This document shows positions 1 to 13,764 of a stretch of 64,000 bases of DNA, piece by piece; position 1 is the stretch's first letter; each line of letters opens with the position of its first letter. The notes below the pieces were generated by a model. That model did no database searches. It had not been told where the DNA came from and saw nothing but the letters and a program-made list of their open reading frames with translations. The translations under genes and the position numbers were made by a program. The stretch comes from Macrostomum hystrix (lineage: Eukaryota; Animalia; Platyhelminthes), in assembly GCA_950097015.1 (NCBI GenBank), contig CATNEN010000038.1, forward strand, positions 31,620,001 through 31,684,000. The letters run 5' to 3'.

Positions 1-3000
1 ACACACAAATCCCTCAGACCCTCAAATCAAACACAAATCCCTCAGACCCTCAAATCAAACACACAAATCCCTCAGACCCTCAAATCAAACACACAAATCC
101 CTCAGACCCTCAAATCAAACACACAAATCCCTCAGACCCTCAAATCAAACACACAAATCCCTCAGACCCTCAAATCAAACACACAAATCCCTCAGACCCT
201 CAAATCAAACACACAAATCCCTCAGATCCTCAAATCAAATACACAAATCCCTCAGATCCTCAAATCAAATACACAAATCCCTCAGACCCTCAAATCAAAT
301 ACACAAATCCCTCAGATCCTCAAATCAAACACACAAATCCCTCAGACCCTCAAATCAAACACACAAATCCCTCAGACCCTCAAATCAAACACACAAATCC
401 CTCAGACCCTCAAATCAAACACAAATCCCTCAGACCCTCAAATCAAACACACAAATCCCTCAGATCCTCAAATCGAAACCGAAAATCCCTCAGATCCTCA
501 AATCGAACTTGAAAATCCCTCAGATCCTCAAATCGAAACCGAAAATCCCTCAGATCCTCAAATCAAAACCGAAAATCACTCAGATCCTCAAATCAAAACC
601 GAAAATCACTCAGATCCTCAAATCGAACCCGAAAATCACTCAGATCCTCAAATCAAACCCGAAAATCCCTCAGATCCTCAAATCGAACCCGAAAATCCCT
701 CAGATCCTCAAATTGAACCCGAAAACCACTCAGATCCTCAAATCAAAACCGAAAATCCCTCAGACCCTCAAATCGAACTTGAAAATCCCTCAGATACTCA
801 AATCGAACACACAAATCCCTCAGATCCTCAAATCGAACACACAAATCCCTCAGATCCTCAAATCGAAACCGAAAATCCCTCAGATCCTCAAATCGAACCC
901 GAAAATCACTCAGATCCTCAAATCGAAACCGAAAATCCCTCAGACCCTCAAATCGAACACACAAATCCCTCAGATCCTCAAATCAAACACACAAATCCCT
1001 CAGATCCTCAAATCGAACACACAAATCCCTCAGATCCTCAAATCGAAACCGAAAATCCCTCAGATCCTCAAATCGAACTTGAAAATCCCTCAGATCCTCA
1101 AATCGAAACCGAAAATCCCTCAGATCCTCAAATCAAACACACAAATCCCTCAGATACTCAAATCGAACTTGAAAATCCCTCAGATCCTCAAATCGAACTT
1201 GAAAAACCCTCAGATCCTCAAATCGAACTTGAAAAACCCTCAGATCCTCAAATCGAACTTGAAAATCTCTCAGATCCTCAAATCGAACTTGGAAATCACT
1301 CAGATCCTCAAATCAAACCCGAAAATCCCTCAGATCCTCAAATCGAACCCGAAAATCCCTCAGATCCTCAAATCGAACCCGAAAACCACTCAGATCCTCA
1401 AATCAAAACCGAAAATCCCTCAGACCCTCAAATCGAACTTGAAAATCCCTCAGATACTCAAATCGAACACACAAATCCCTCAGATCCTCAAATCGAACAC
1501 ACAAATCCCTCAGATCCTCAAATCGAAACCGAAAATCCCTCAGATCCTCAAATCGAACCCGAAAATCACTCAGATCCTCAAATCGAAACCGAAAATCCCT
1601 CAGACCCTCAAATCGAACACACAAATCCCTCAGATCCTCAAATCAAACACACAAATCCCTCAGATCCTCAAATCGAACACACAAATCCCTCAGATCCTCA
1701 AATCGAAACCGAAAATCCCTCAGATCCTCAAATCAAACCCGAAAATCCCTCAGATCCTCAAATCGAAACCGAAAATCCCTCAGATCCTCAAATCAAACAC
1801 ACAAATCCCTCAGATACTCAAATCGAACTTGAAAATCCCTCAGATCCTCAAATCGAACTTGAAAAACCCTCAGATCCTCAAATCGAACTTGAAAAACCCT
1901 CAGATCCTCAAATCGAACTTGAAAATCTCTCAGATCCTCAAATCGAACTTGGAAATCCCTCAGATCCTCAAATCAAACACACAAATCCCTCAGATCCTCA
2001 AATCAAACACAAATCCCTCAGATCCTCAAATCAAATACACAAATCCCTCAGACCCTCAAATCAAACACACAAATCCGTCAGATCCTCAAATCAAATACAA
2101 ATCCCTCAGATCCTCAAATCAAATACAAATCCCTCAGACCCTCAAATCAAACACAAATCCCTCAGACCCCATATGGGACACTCGAATCCCAAATCATTCA
2201 GATCCTCAAATCAAACACACAAATCCCTCAGACCCTCAAATCAAACACACAAATCCCTCAGATCCTCAAATCAAATACACAAATCCCTCAGACCCTCAAA
2301 TCAAATACAAATCCCTCAGACCCTCAAATCAAATACAAATCCCTCAGACCCTCAAATCAAACACACAAATCCCTCAGATCCTCAAATCAAACACAAATCC
2401 CTCAGATCCTCAAATCAAATACACAAATCCCTCAGATCCTCAAATCAAACACACAAATCCCTCAGACCCTCAAATCAAACACACAAATCCCTCAGATCCT
2501 CAAATCAAACACACAAATCCCTCAGACCCTCAAATCAAATACACATCCCTCAGATCCTCAAATCAAACACACAAATCCCTCAGATCCTCAAATCAAACAC
2601 ACATCCCTCAGATCCTCAAATCAAATACACAAATCCCTCAGATCCTCAAATCAAACACACAAATCCCTCAGACCCTCAAATCAAACACACAAATCCCTCA
2701 GACCCTCAAATCAAACACACAAATCCCTCAGATCCTCAAATCAAACACACAAATCCCTCAGACCCTCAAATCAAACACACAAATCCCTCAGACCCTCAAA
2801 TCAAACACACAAATCCCTCAGATCCTCAAATCAAATACACAAATCCCTCAGATCCTCAAATCAAACACACAAATCCCTCAGACCCTCAAATCAAACACAC
2901 AAATCCCTGAGACCCTCAAATCAAACACACAAATCCCTCAGACCCTCAAATCAAACACACAAATCCCTCAGACCCTCAAATCAAACACACAAATCCCTCA

Positions 3001-3590
3001 GACCCTCAAATCAAACACACAAATCCCTCAGACCCTTAAATCAAACACAAATCCCTCAGACCCTCAAATCAAACACACAAATCCCTCAGACCCTCAAATC
3101 AAACACACAAATCCCTCAGACCCTCAAATCAAACACACAAATCCCTCAGACCCTCAAATCAAACACACAAATCCCTCAGACCCTCAAATCAAACACAAAT
3201 CCCTCAGACCCTCAAATCAAATACACAAATCCCTCAGATCCTCAAATCAAACACACAAATCCCTCAGACCCTCAAATCAAACACAAATCCCTCAGACCCT
3301 CAAATCAAATACACAAATCCCTCAGACCCTCAAATCAAACACAAATCCCTCAGACCCTCAAATCAAATACACAAATCCCTCAGATCCTTAAATCAAACAC
3401 ACAAATCCCTCAGACCCTCAAATCAAACACACAAATCCCTCAGACCCCATATGGGACACTCGAATCTTAAATCATTCAGATCCTCAAATCCAACACCCAA
3501 ATCCCCTAGATCCTCAAATCAAGCACCCAAATCCCCTAGATCCTTAATTCAACAGTCGAATCCTCAGATCTTCAAATCGAAAAGCAAAAT
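1..3590. repeat. 30-bp minisatellite (28-bp variants) in LNX intron, with higher-order structure
   Basis: Unit ACACACAAATCCCTCAGA(C/T)CCTCAAATCAA; a 660-bp block is duplicated (743 vs 1403). Confidence 0.97.
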
Positions 3591-4163
3591 ATCCCTTAAG
3601 CCAAGCCCATAAGCAATGTTTTCAAATAATCAGCTTCCTACGTAACGTACTTTACTTAGCGGCTGTAAAACTTTAACTTAATAGCTGCAGTTGCAGGTAG
3701 CCATTGAAACAAAATACTCAAGGTCAAATACCTTCCTGTCCTTTTTTCCTACCGCAACCAAACGTCAAGCCCTCGCTTGTTTGGCGCTTTTTGGCCCTGT
3801 TATCTGTCTGCACCTAGAAGAATCCTCTCCCATAGCGCACTATCCTACTAGACTTCAATCTTCTAACGGTCCCTGGTCAAATTTGTTATTCTTATAGTTA
3901 GTCCGCCCCTGGTCTAGTTATCTCCACCGAAGTCGATGATTTTTGCACACTAGACCGCATTCCTTCCATCAAAAATGCAACTGATATTTCGCAATGATAC
4001 TATTATGGTTCATTTTCCGCCCACATGTTTTTTAACACCGATTCATCAACGCCATTTCAACGCCCTCTAGAGATCTGGAATCTATCCAAATCAATGGACA
4101 GTTAACAGTTTAGCCTATGGTAAATTGGTATGCATGCTACTAATTTACCTTTCTTACCCGCAG

Positions 4164-7100
4164 AGTTGCATTGTGATTCAGGAGATCTATATGGACGGCC
4201 TCGTCGCTAATGACAAACGATTAAGGCCTGGTGATCAGATATTGGAGGTAAGTCTTGGCACCAACTTTAGGTCCTCGTGATTTTGTCGGATTTTGTCGAA
4301 TCTTCAGTGTGTTAAATAATCCTTCTGATCCTTTGTGTGCTTAATAATCCATCTGATTCTCAGTATGTTAGACAATCCATCTGATCCTCGGTGTGTTAGA
4401 TAATCCATCTGATTCTCAGTATGTTAGATAATCCATCTGATTCTCAGTATGTCAGATAATCCATCTGATCCTCAGTATGTTAGATAATCCATCTGATTCT
4501 CAGTATGTTAGATAATCCATCTGATTCTCAGTATGTTAGATTATCCATCTGATACTCAGTTTGTTAGATAATCCATCTGATTCTCAGTATGTCAGATAAT
4601 CCATCTGATCCTCAGTATGTTAGATAATCCATCTGATTCTCAGTATGTTAGATAATCCATCTGATTCTCAGTATGTCAGATAATCCATCTGATCCTCAGT
4701 ATGTTAGATAATCCATCTGATTCTCAGTATGTTAGATAATCCATCTGATTCTCAGTATGTTAGATAATCCATCTGATTCTCAGTATGTTAGATAATCCAT
4801 ATGATTCTCGGTGTGTTAGATAATCCATCTGATTCTCAGTATGTCAGATAATCCATCTGATCCTCAGTATGTTAGATAATCCATCTGATTCTCAGTATGT
4901 CAGATAATCCATCTGATCCTCAGTATGTTAGATAATCCATCTGATCCTCAGTATGTTAGATAATCCATCTGATACTCAGTGTGTTCATAATCCCTCTGAT
5001 TATTAGTGTTTGATATTCCCTTTGATTATCAGTGGGTTAGTTAATCCCTCTGATACTCAGTGTGTTAGATAATCCATCTGATCCTCGGTGTGTTCGATAA
5101 TCCATCTGATTCTCAGTGTGTTCATAATCCCTCTGATACTCAGTGTCTTTAATAATCTCTCATCAGTGCGTCAGATAATTCCTCTATTTCAAATATTTAG
5201 AAAATTTAGAAAATATATGGACTAGTAATAAATCCTAGAGAAAAGATGTATCTGCCTCTGAATTGAATGATTTGAATTACTTTGTTAAGTTAAAATTACG
5301 TTAAATTAAAACACTTCTCTTTTCTTAGGTAAACGGCGAGGATGTGACCAGAGCTACTCACGCCGAGGCGCGCCTAGTACTATCCCAACCGTCGCCGCTT
5401 TGTCGACTGACAGTCTACAGGGAGAGAGCATGGGAGCCGGATCACCAGCAGCAGCATCAGCAGACTATGCTCAACCTGCAGCAGCAGCAGCAGCAGCATC
5501 AGCGCAGATTGTTGCTAGATCGCGAAGAAGTGTTTCGTATTACACTATCGAAAAGGTCTGGCAAAACGCTTGGCATTAAACTGGTTGGAAAGAAGTGAGT
5601 CGATTTTTAGTTTCCTTTGCAGAAAATTCTTGCTTCTACTATTAGTAGTTTGTGACGCTTATTTTTTAATACATTTTTATAGAAGCTTTCCGGGCCTGTA
5701 CGTGCTCGGCCTGGTTGAAGGCGGCTTAGCCCAGCTAGACGGCAGGCTTCGTCGCGACGATCGTATCCTGGAGATCAACAGTGTCGACATTCGGGGCGGT
5801 ACTCAGGCTGAAGCTGCTGAAATCATTCAGGTAATTTGAATGCGCTTGTTGTTACTTGGGTCATTGTATTGTCTGGGTTTCAAATGGTCTATGGTGGCTC
5901 ACATCTTATGGCTTTTGGAGTAATTCAGATCCTCAGGTGTCTAGAACCCTTCAGATCCTCAGGTGTCTGGAACCCTTCAGATCCTCAGGTGTCTGGAACC
6001 CTTCAGATCCTCAGGTGTCTGGAACCCTTCAGATCCTCAGGTGTCTAGAACCCTTCAGATCCTCAGGTGTCTGGAACCCTTCAGATCCTCAGGTGTCTGG
6101 AACCCTTCAGATCCTCAGGTGTCTAGAACCCTTCAGATCCTCAGGTGTCTGGAACCCTTCAGATCCTCAGGTGTCTGAAACCCTTCAAACTATCAGGTGT
6201 CCAGAACCCTTCAGATCCTCATATGTCCAGAATCCTTCATACCCTCAGGTGTCTAGAACCCTTCAGATCCTCATATGTCCAGAATCCTTCATACCCTCAG
6301 GTGTCTAGAACCCTTCAGATCCTCATATGTCCAGAATCCTTCATACCCTCAGGTGTCTAGAACCCTTCAGATCCTCAATCGTTAAGAATCCTTCAGACCC
6401 TCAGGTATTAAGTATCCTTTGTATATTTAAACTAAGGTTGTTCTATATTTTCCTTTGTGACAGTCGGCTTCTGATAAGGTCAGCTTCCTGGTGTCTCGCC
6501 GCTGTCGCCCTGAGACTCCCGACCTCATTCGGACAGCCTCCGGTGACAATCTTGCCTCGCTTGGCATGCCAGCCGGCGGGTCCGCCTCCTGCCAGCATCT
6601 CGCCGAAGCCGCCGCCGCCACTGTGGCAGTATCTAACACAACAATAACTACAACTACGTCTGGCACCGTTGCTAGGCAACCGTTGACGCACTACGGCTCA
6701 GTTCCGCCGCCTCAGGAGCGCATTGTCCGATTGGAGAAAACGCCAGGCGAATCTCTGGGCATGTCTGTAGCTGGCGGAGTGGGATCTCAGCGTGGCGACA
6801 TCCCCGTCTACGTGACCAGCCTCAGGCCGGACGGCCCGGCCGGTCGGACTGTCCGGAAAGGCGACCTTCTGCTAGCCGTGCAGGACGCCAAACTGCTGGG
6901 ACTCACGCACGAGCAGGTGCGGCACTGAATGTCTGCCGGTTCTGGTGTATTTCTGTCGTGTTGTTTCTCTGTTCTCGCTGTCTTTTTTCATTGTCTGTCT
7001 GTTTTTTGGTTATTCATTTAACAGTTATTTCTGCGAGTCTGTAAATTATGTTTGTTGATGCGGTCTATCCTTGGGTCTATTCATTGTTTCAGCCTGTCTT

Positions 7101-7914
7101 CAAGGGTGGCTTTCACAAGACCGAATCTTCACAGCGCCGAAAATTCTTGCACTGTCCTTCACAAGACCGAATCTTCACAAGACCGAATCTTCACAAGACT
7201 GAATCTTCACAAGACCGAATCTTCACAAGACCAAACTTCACAGCGCCAAAAATTCTCGCACTTTCCTTCACAAGACCGAAATTTTACAACGCCGAAAAGT
7301 AAAAATGCAGACCCGCGTTAAATTTTCGGCGTTGTAAAACTTTGGTCTTGTGAAGCCACCCCTCTTCAAGTATATATGATTGAATAACTGCTGAATATTG
7401 CTCCCCTCATCAGGCTGTCCGCCTGCTGAAGTCGGCCTCGGCAAACTCATCAGTCACCCTGCGCCTCATGGACAGTCCCGAGGCTGCCGCCAACGCAGCC
7501 GCCGATCACGCGGCAAATTTTCAGCCCAGCTGGTCCTACTGGCTGGCACTGCCGCGCTGGCTCAGCGTTGAACGCGACATCGAGCTCAGCAGGCATCCGG
7601 CTACCGGCTCTCTGGGCTTCTCCATTGTTGGCGGACGCAATTCGCCGATGGCCACAATGTCATCATCGCCTCTAACTAATCGGGCTAATAAAATTGATAG
7701 TAATAGTCCGCAGCCAATTGTGGTTAAAAGCATCGTCTGGGGCGGCCCGGCTCACGAGGACGGCCGGCTGCGCTGCGGCGACATCCTTGTCAGCGTGAAT
7801 CATCGGCACAGTCTGGCCGATATTGGCCACGCTCAAGCTGTTTCACTGCTCAAACTGGTGCGCACAGATCCGGTTGTGCTGACCATTGTGTCCTGGCCTG
7901 GAACCATTGTTTAG
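4164..7914 (+). CDS. LNX: LNX1/LNX2-like multi-PDZ protein (ligand of Numb), 5' part lies upstream of the window
   Basis: GT-AG exons 4164-4247, 5329-5594, 5683-5830, 6464-6916, 7414-7914 join in frame. Four PDZ domains: [97 protein letters not shown]. The C-terminus LTIVSWPGTIV resembles LNX1/2 ends. Confidence 0.88.
4310..5170. repeat. 28-bp minisatellite, LNX intron
   Basis: Unit ATAATCCATCTGATTCTCAGTATGTTAG. Confidence 0.95.
5925..6405. repeat. 26-bp minisatellite, LNX intron
   Basis: Unit CTTCAGATCCTCAGGTGTCTGGAACC. Confidence 0.95.
7104..7362. mobile_element. MITE with terminal inverted repeats and internal 16-bp subrepeats
   Basis: Starts GGGTGGCTTTCACAAGACC and ends GGTCTTGTGAAGCCACCC; TCTTCAA at 7097-7103 and 7363-7369 looks like a target-site duplication. 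Confidence 0.8.
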
Positions 7915-9394
7915 ACTTCTATCCTAGATAGAAAATAGAGTATGTTTTGTGGTCTAGCCGATATGTATCGAATTCTTTGTTTAACTTTTTCTATACATAT
8001 CGGCTAGATGTTAATCCAATCCTTCTCAAAGTATAAAAAGAGTGAAGTAGAAAAAAATTACTGACCTTTTTTGTCCGACTTAGTGCAAATGTTAAAAGCC
8101 TATTTTATTATTAACAACAGTGTAAATCAGATGAGATTTATTAACGCTATATCTAAGATACAACTGATTGTGGCATATTTTTTTTACTTTAAGAGGACCT
8201 TGTAAATACACAAATAAGTTCCATTGTTGGTTCCAACTCTCTCTCTCTTTCTCGGATTGTTAAATTAGCTATTTTCACGCAGTATTTGCTATGGTTTGAA
8301 TTTTTAATCCCTGTCAGTAGTATGATGAGGACATATGTTGAGTTTTTTATAAACGTTTTTTACTCCTTTTAAACGATTTCCTCAACGTTTGCATGAATAA
8401 ATTTTGTTTCATTGTACACTTCCACGTAAAAAATGAAACTACCCAATCAAAATAGGGACAACCTGATGGCGCCATTGTTTATCTTGTTGCTTGTTGTTTA
8501 TGTATGCTTTCAATGACTCTATGTTCTCTGCAGCTTAGCTTTGCTGGTCTATTTTTTAACTTAACTACAACTTACTAATAATGCTAGTCATAGCTCTGCT
8601 AAACTATATTTACCCGCTTTCATTATTACATAGATTGCGACGCGTTTGACTTGTCACTGGCGCTGCTTGAATTTAGGCTACTCTAGCGAAACAGCATCTC
8701 GAGTAGTATGAATAGCGTTTTTAATAGTTTAATTAAAAGTGCACAGTCCCAAGTCGTGTTGACTCATCCCACAATTTTGTCAGTCATTTGTAGCCCAGAA
8801 GTGTATTTTGTGTTTTCTTGCTGCTTTGGAGTCGCCTTTTGACATCTGCTTTTTATTTCTTTATTTTTGGCATTTCTTGCACTTTTTAAACACTTGCGAC
8901 TGCCTTTTCCTTGCTTTGCTACTTCCTATTTAGTATCTAGTCTGCTTAAGTATTTAGTATCTTTCTCTATACCGGGCTTCTGTGGAAAGAACCAGAGTTA
9001 TTTATTAACATTTAGGTTTATGTTTCTAAATTTTCTATACATATCGTCTCAAATTATAACAAAGGGTCAATGGGAATTACGTATAAGACAGTTATCTCCT
9101 GCTATAGTTTCCTAATCTCTTTAGCCAAAGATATTTTTAATTCTCCCCGACCGAGGCATCATTGTTATTTTTGCTTCGCAAATTGCTTTTATTTGGCTTA
9201 AAATCGATTGTAGATCTTAATAATGCATGTACTTTTGTAGTTTTAAACTCACTCAGTTCATTTTCATATTTTTTCTGTCTGCTTTTTTCATTCCCTCTTT
9301 GTTAGAGACTTTTATTAGCGCGCTCGTTCTAACTATTATTATTAGGCGCCGTCGAAACTATAAATCCTTAAGGTGACAGTAATGACACAGTGGC

Positions 9395-10240
9395 CAGAGA
9401 TAAGGTATGGGAGAGATTAGACAGGGGAGAGATGAGACAGGGGAGAGATAAGACAGGGGAGAGATGAGACAGGGGAGAGATGAGACGGGAGAGATGAGAC
9501 AGGGGAGAGATGGTAGACAGGGGAGAGATAAGACGGGAGCGATGAGACAGGGGAGAGATAAGACAGGGGAGAGATGAGACGGGAGAGATGAGACAGGGGA
9601 GAGATGAGACAGGGGAGAGATGAGACAGGGGAGAGATAAGACAGGGGAGAGATAAGGTATGGGAGAGATTAGACAGGGGAGAGATGAGACATAGAAGAGA
9701 TGAGACAGGGGAGAGATAAGACAGGGGAGAGATAAGGTATGGGAGAGATAAGACACGGGAGTGATGAGACAGGGGAGAGATGGTTGACAGGGGAGAGATT
9801 AGACAGGGGAGAGATGAGACAGCCGACAGGGGAGAGATAAGACAGGGGAGAGATGAGACAGGGGAGAGATTAGACAGGGGAGAGATAAGACAGGGGAGAG
9901 ATGAGACAGGGGAGAGATTAGACAGGGGAGAGATAAGACAGGGGAGAGATGAGACAGGGGAGAGATTAGACAGGGGAGAGATAAGACAGGGGAGAGATGA
10001 GACAGGGGAGAGATAAGGTATGGGAGAGATAAGACACGGGAGTGATGAGACACGGGAGTGATGAGACAGGGGAGAGATGAGACAGGGGAGAGATGGTTGA
10101 CAGGGGAGAGATGAGACAGGGGAGAGATTAGACAGGGGAGAGATAAGTCAGGGGAGAGATTAGACAGGGTAGAGATAAGACGGGAGAGATGAGACGGGGG
10201 AGAAATAAGACAGGATAGAGATGAAACTTAGATGAGACAG
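9395..10240. repeat. 16-bp GA-rich minisatellite (GAGAGATGAGAC family), intergenic
   Basis: Unit GACAGGGGAGAGATGA. Confidence 0.95.
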
Positions 10241-13200
10241 TTAGATCAGTGGATTTATGAGTTTCGCAAGCCATAAATTTCCATTACTCGATTGAAATTC
10301 TTAAAATTATTACTGGATTTTTGTAGTTTTTTATTTACAATGATCTTTTCAGCTTTTCTAGTCATGCTTAGCTTTAACCGATAAGGATTTCAAACCGAAT
10401 GCCTATTCATTCTGCTTCAATTTAGTGCTGTTGATTGAAGAGGCCTTGCTTGCTATTATCTATACCGATTGTATTCCCCGCTTCCTTCCTAAATGCTCAT
10501 TCGATCTTTGAGTTGTCAATAATTGTTTTGTTTTGTAAATTAAGTCAATATTGTGAGAGATATTCAATTGTAGATATTCCATATTCAATAGTGCACACAG
10601 CTGATTTCGCAGCACACGACTCCAATGCTCTAACACAATGCTTTCAGCTATAAATCACGTGTTCATTTATAAGTCTACTACTAGTAGTAGATCGGTTTAT
10701 GCTTGTCATTTAGCTCATAGTAGGAAATGGGCTACCAAACGATTTATATATAGTTGACGATGACAGCTAGATGGATTATGACAGCTGGATTGAGATTATG
10801 ACTTATCTAATCTTCTAGACAACTAAGGTATTGTTAAGACTGATCAAAGATGCATAAGTATTTTTGTAGATGGCCCAAGTCTTACTTATCTTTGTTTTGA
10901 GATCGTCACTGATCACACCTTCCATCTGATAATTTAGCTGCCTTGTCTAACTGAACTATTGTAAGTAGCATGAAACGATTATTGTAATCAAAATTGAAGA
11001 AAAACACTCATCTACACTGTGGAAGACAGACATTTTTTGTGTGCTAATTATTATTCCCTTGAAGAAAAAACTTTTTTAACTGCTGCTTAGAGTTTGTGCT
11101 AGGCCATCTTGACCCTGCATCATTTCTGATTTGTTGAATCCTTTGGCATATTTATTATTTCTGATGGTTATAATGAACACTATATAGCATGCCTTCTTTT
11201 TTAGACTTACACATTTGTGTATTTTATTTGTCATTATGATTCTTTCTGCTAACAAAGAATGCTTGATCGTTGCATATATGCTATATTGATATATAAATAT
11301 ATATGCTACCTTATGAATATTTCATATTAATAAAATATTATCTACATACCTTGAGAGCTTAAAAGTTCAGCTATCTGAATCGTTCGGTATCAGTTGAGTT
11401 TTTTTATTGTTTTTCATTTTAATAGCAGAGCTACCAAGGCGGGGGCATTTCCTCTTAACAATGGTTTTTTTGCTGCACAAGTCGGAGCTGCTGGACCTTC
11501 GGCAAGTAGTAGTTCAGTGTAGCCCAATAGCGAGGCTTGATCAGCTATTAGCCAATCGCGAGGATAAAATTCCAATCAGGGTGACCATGGACATAGTCGG
11601 CTGTAGCCACTTGTTGAAGGTCTAGCAGCTTCGACTAGATCAGCGAAGTCGGAGATGCTGGCTATGCAGGTGCCCCCTTTGCTCCCTTACAGTAGCGTAT
11701 GACTGTTACTGTTTCTGTCGCGCACCGAAGCTTGCCTGCTGATTTCTTTCGAGACTTTTTCGACAGATACTGAGGATACTGATACTGATAGGATAAAGGA
11801 GGAGAGGTTGTTCGTCAAATTTTGCCGACGTTGTTCGGTTAACATGCTATTAAATTAATGATCTTCTGGATCTGGAATGTTGTTTAACTCTTCCGGTTCC
11901 GGGTTGAGATTGTCGAATATCTGAGAATATATCTTAATTGCAGAGGTCAGCGGTGCGGTACTGATTAAAATTATGAAAAATGGGAAATAAAATTGACTCC
12001 GATTCAACTGTTCTGTATACCCGATGAATTGGTTGATGCATTTCTAAAAGCGTAAATTGTTCAGTATTAACTATTTAAGGAATGTCGGTTTAAATTAAAA
12101 TTTGTAACAAACATGTTATCTTCTGTTATTGACTTACTGCATTTAAGTATAGTCGTCATTGCACGTGTTTTGCTGTGCACTTGGGGTTGGGTGTCGTATT
12201 TTATAGATTATTAGGGGAATATAAATTAGGGGAAAGACAAGTCGGTTGCCATGCAATTAGTATATTGGTTAAATTACGTTTATTATAAATATATTCAGCC
12301 TATGGTATAGCCTGGCCCTACCCTACCGCACTTGCTTACCACATGATAACTTTATTTGCCTTTTTAATTCTTAGACTGTAGCACACTGGTTTGTATGACT
12401 TATCATTAATTTGAACATGATCACAAGTCCTTCCCTATTCATTATTTGGCCAGACAAGTGGTGTTGGGGTTGGTGGCAAAAGAGTTGGCCTTGGGGGTTG
12501 TAGGTGTGAAGCTTAGGCTTTAGTCGAGCCAAATCCTTATTTGGAATCGGAGGCGCGCAAGTCCGATAATAAGAAAATTAAGGCTGGTTTATTTTACTCC
12601 ACACCCCCCTATAATCACACCTCGACTTGGGGGGACCAGCTTGGGCTTTTTATTGCCTATCTAACTAGCCCAACCTAACCAACTAAACATAGTTTTTTCT
12701 CCTCTCTCCTCAGTCATGATAATAGCAGTTTGAAATAAACTTTTACTAACTAAAGTTAGTTAGACAATGCTAAGAACGTATACTGTAGTCTGCACCAAGG
12801 ATGATGTATAAAAAAACGTTAAAAACAGCTCTCTCTACTTTTGTCTTTTACATGCACCTATTGTACCGAGCAGAATACATATAAGTCGTACATATGTAAT
12901 TCACTTTAGCCGAGGTAACGGATAATATCTGTATAGCGGCCTTGACAAACAAGGCCAAAACATGTACTCGTCCAACAGTCTTACACCTCAATGGTTTTTT
13001 TATTGTTAAAACGTTGACAATATATTGATATTATGACTATGAGAATGAGTTGCTATTCGCAATAGGATTGTCGTACTCGAGCGGAAGAATTTAGTCATAA
13101 AAATATTGTGCATGTAAATGTTTGTATAAAGAGCATAGATTAGAATTTAAAATATTATAAATGTCGTTACTTTTGCCCAGTGTAGACCAAATTCCGGTAA

Positions 13201-13479
13201 TGCACTGAAATCAAACATCGCATTCGCAAAGTATTTCTTTTACGTAATTATTTCTAGATACTATCTCGTAAAACAGGCAACAGCATCAGCGATTCAATAC
13301 TTGAACTTGTTTCCTTTTATTTGCTGACTTTCGCTCTTCCAATTGAGTTGTTTGTCTACTTTATCTAAGTGTACTTTAAATATTTCGACTAGCTTGCTTT
13401 GTTTTGGGCTTTTTTAAAGGTCTGGATAATCACACTCTCTTCTCGTTTGTGGTGAGTGGATGTTGGACCATAAACACTT

Positions 13480-13695
13480 CTTCCCGATTGGCTAGAGCCA
13501 ACCCCCTACCCTGCATCATTCTACCCACTCCGCCTAGTTGAGGGTTGGAACACGGACCAATTAGAAAACATCGTATCATTTTCTACCCCCCTTTTAATCG
13601 TTTGTTGGCCCAATCTTAGATTCCTTCATTCATTCTGTTCTGGAGCTGAACCGTGAAAGCGAAGGAAGGTCACTTTGTCTGTTATAAACGAAGCC
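13480..13695 (+). promoter_or_regulatory. Putative promoter of the KDM3-like gene
   Basis: Three CCAAT/ATTGG boxes (about 13486, 13557, 13610) and a TATA-like TATAAA at about 13683, some 80 nt before the ATG at 13765. Confidence 0.4.
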
Positions 13696-13764
13696 ACAAT
13701 AGTTTAAATTGCTGTTGGTCTTTAGACTAGGCACTCGCTTAATTTTCCAACTATCCATCACACA

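Noticed and set aside
509-3391. 960-aa ORF and the other long repetitive ORFs (14716-16056, 19055-20035, 28062-28778, 41696-42334, 61635-63756)
   Set aside because: They are translations of stop-free minisatellite units, mostly intronic, often open in several frames, with no splice or domain support.
11690-12160. Possible minus-strand small spliced ORFs
   Set aside because: Peptides are about 30-50 aa with no recognisable motif; the splice-like sites could be chance.
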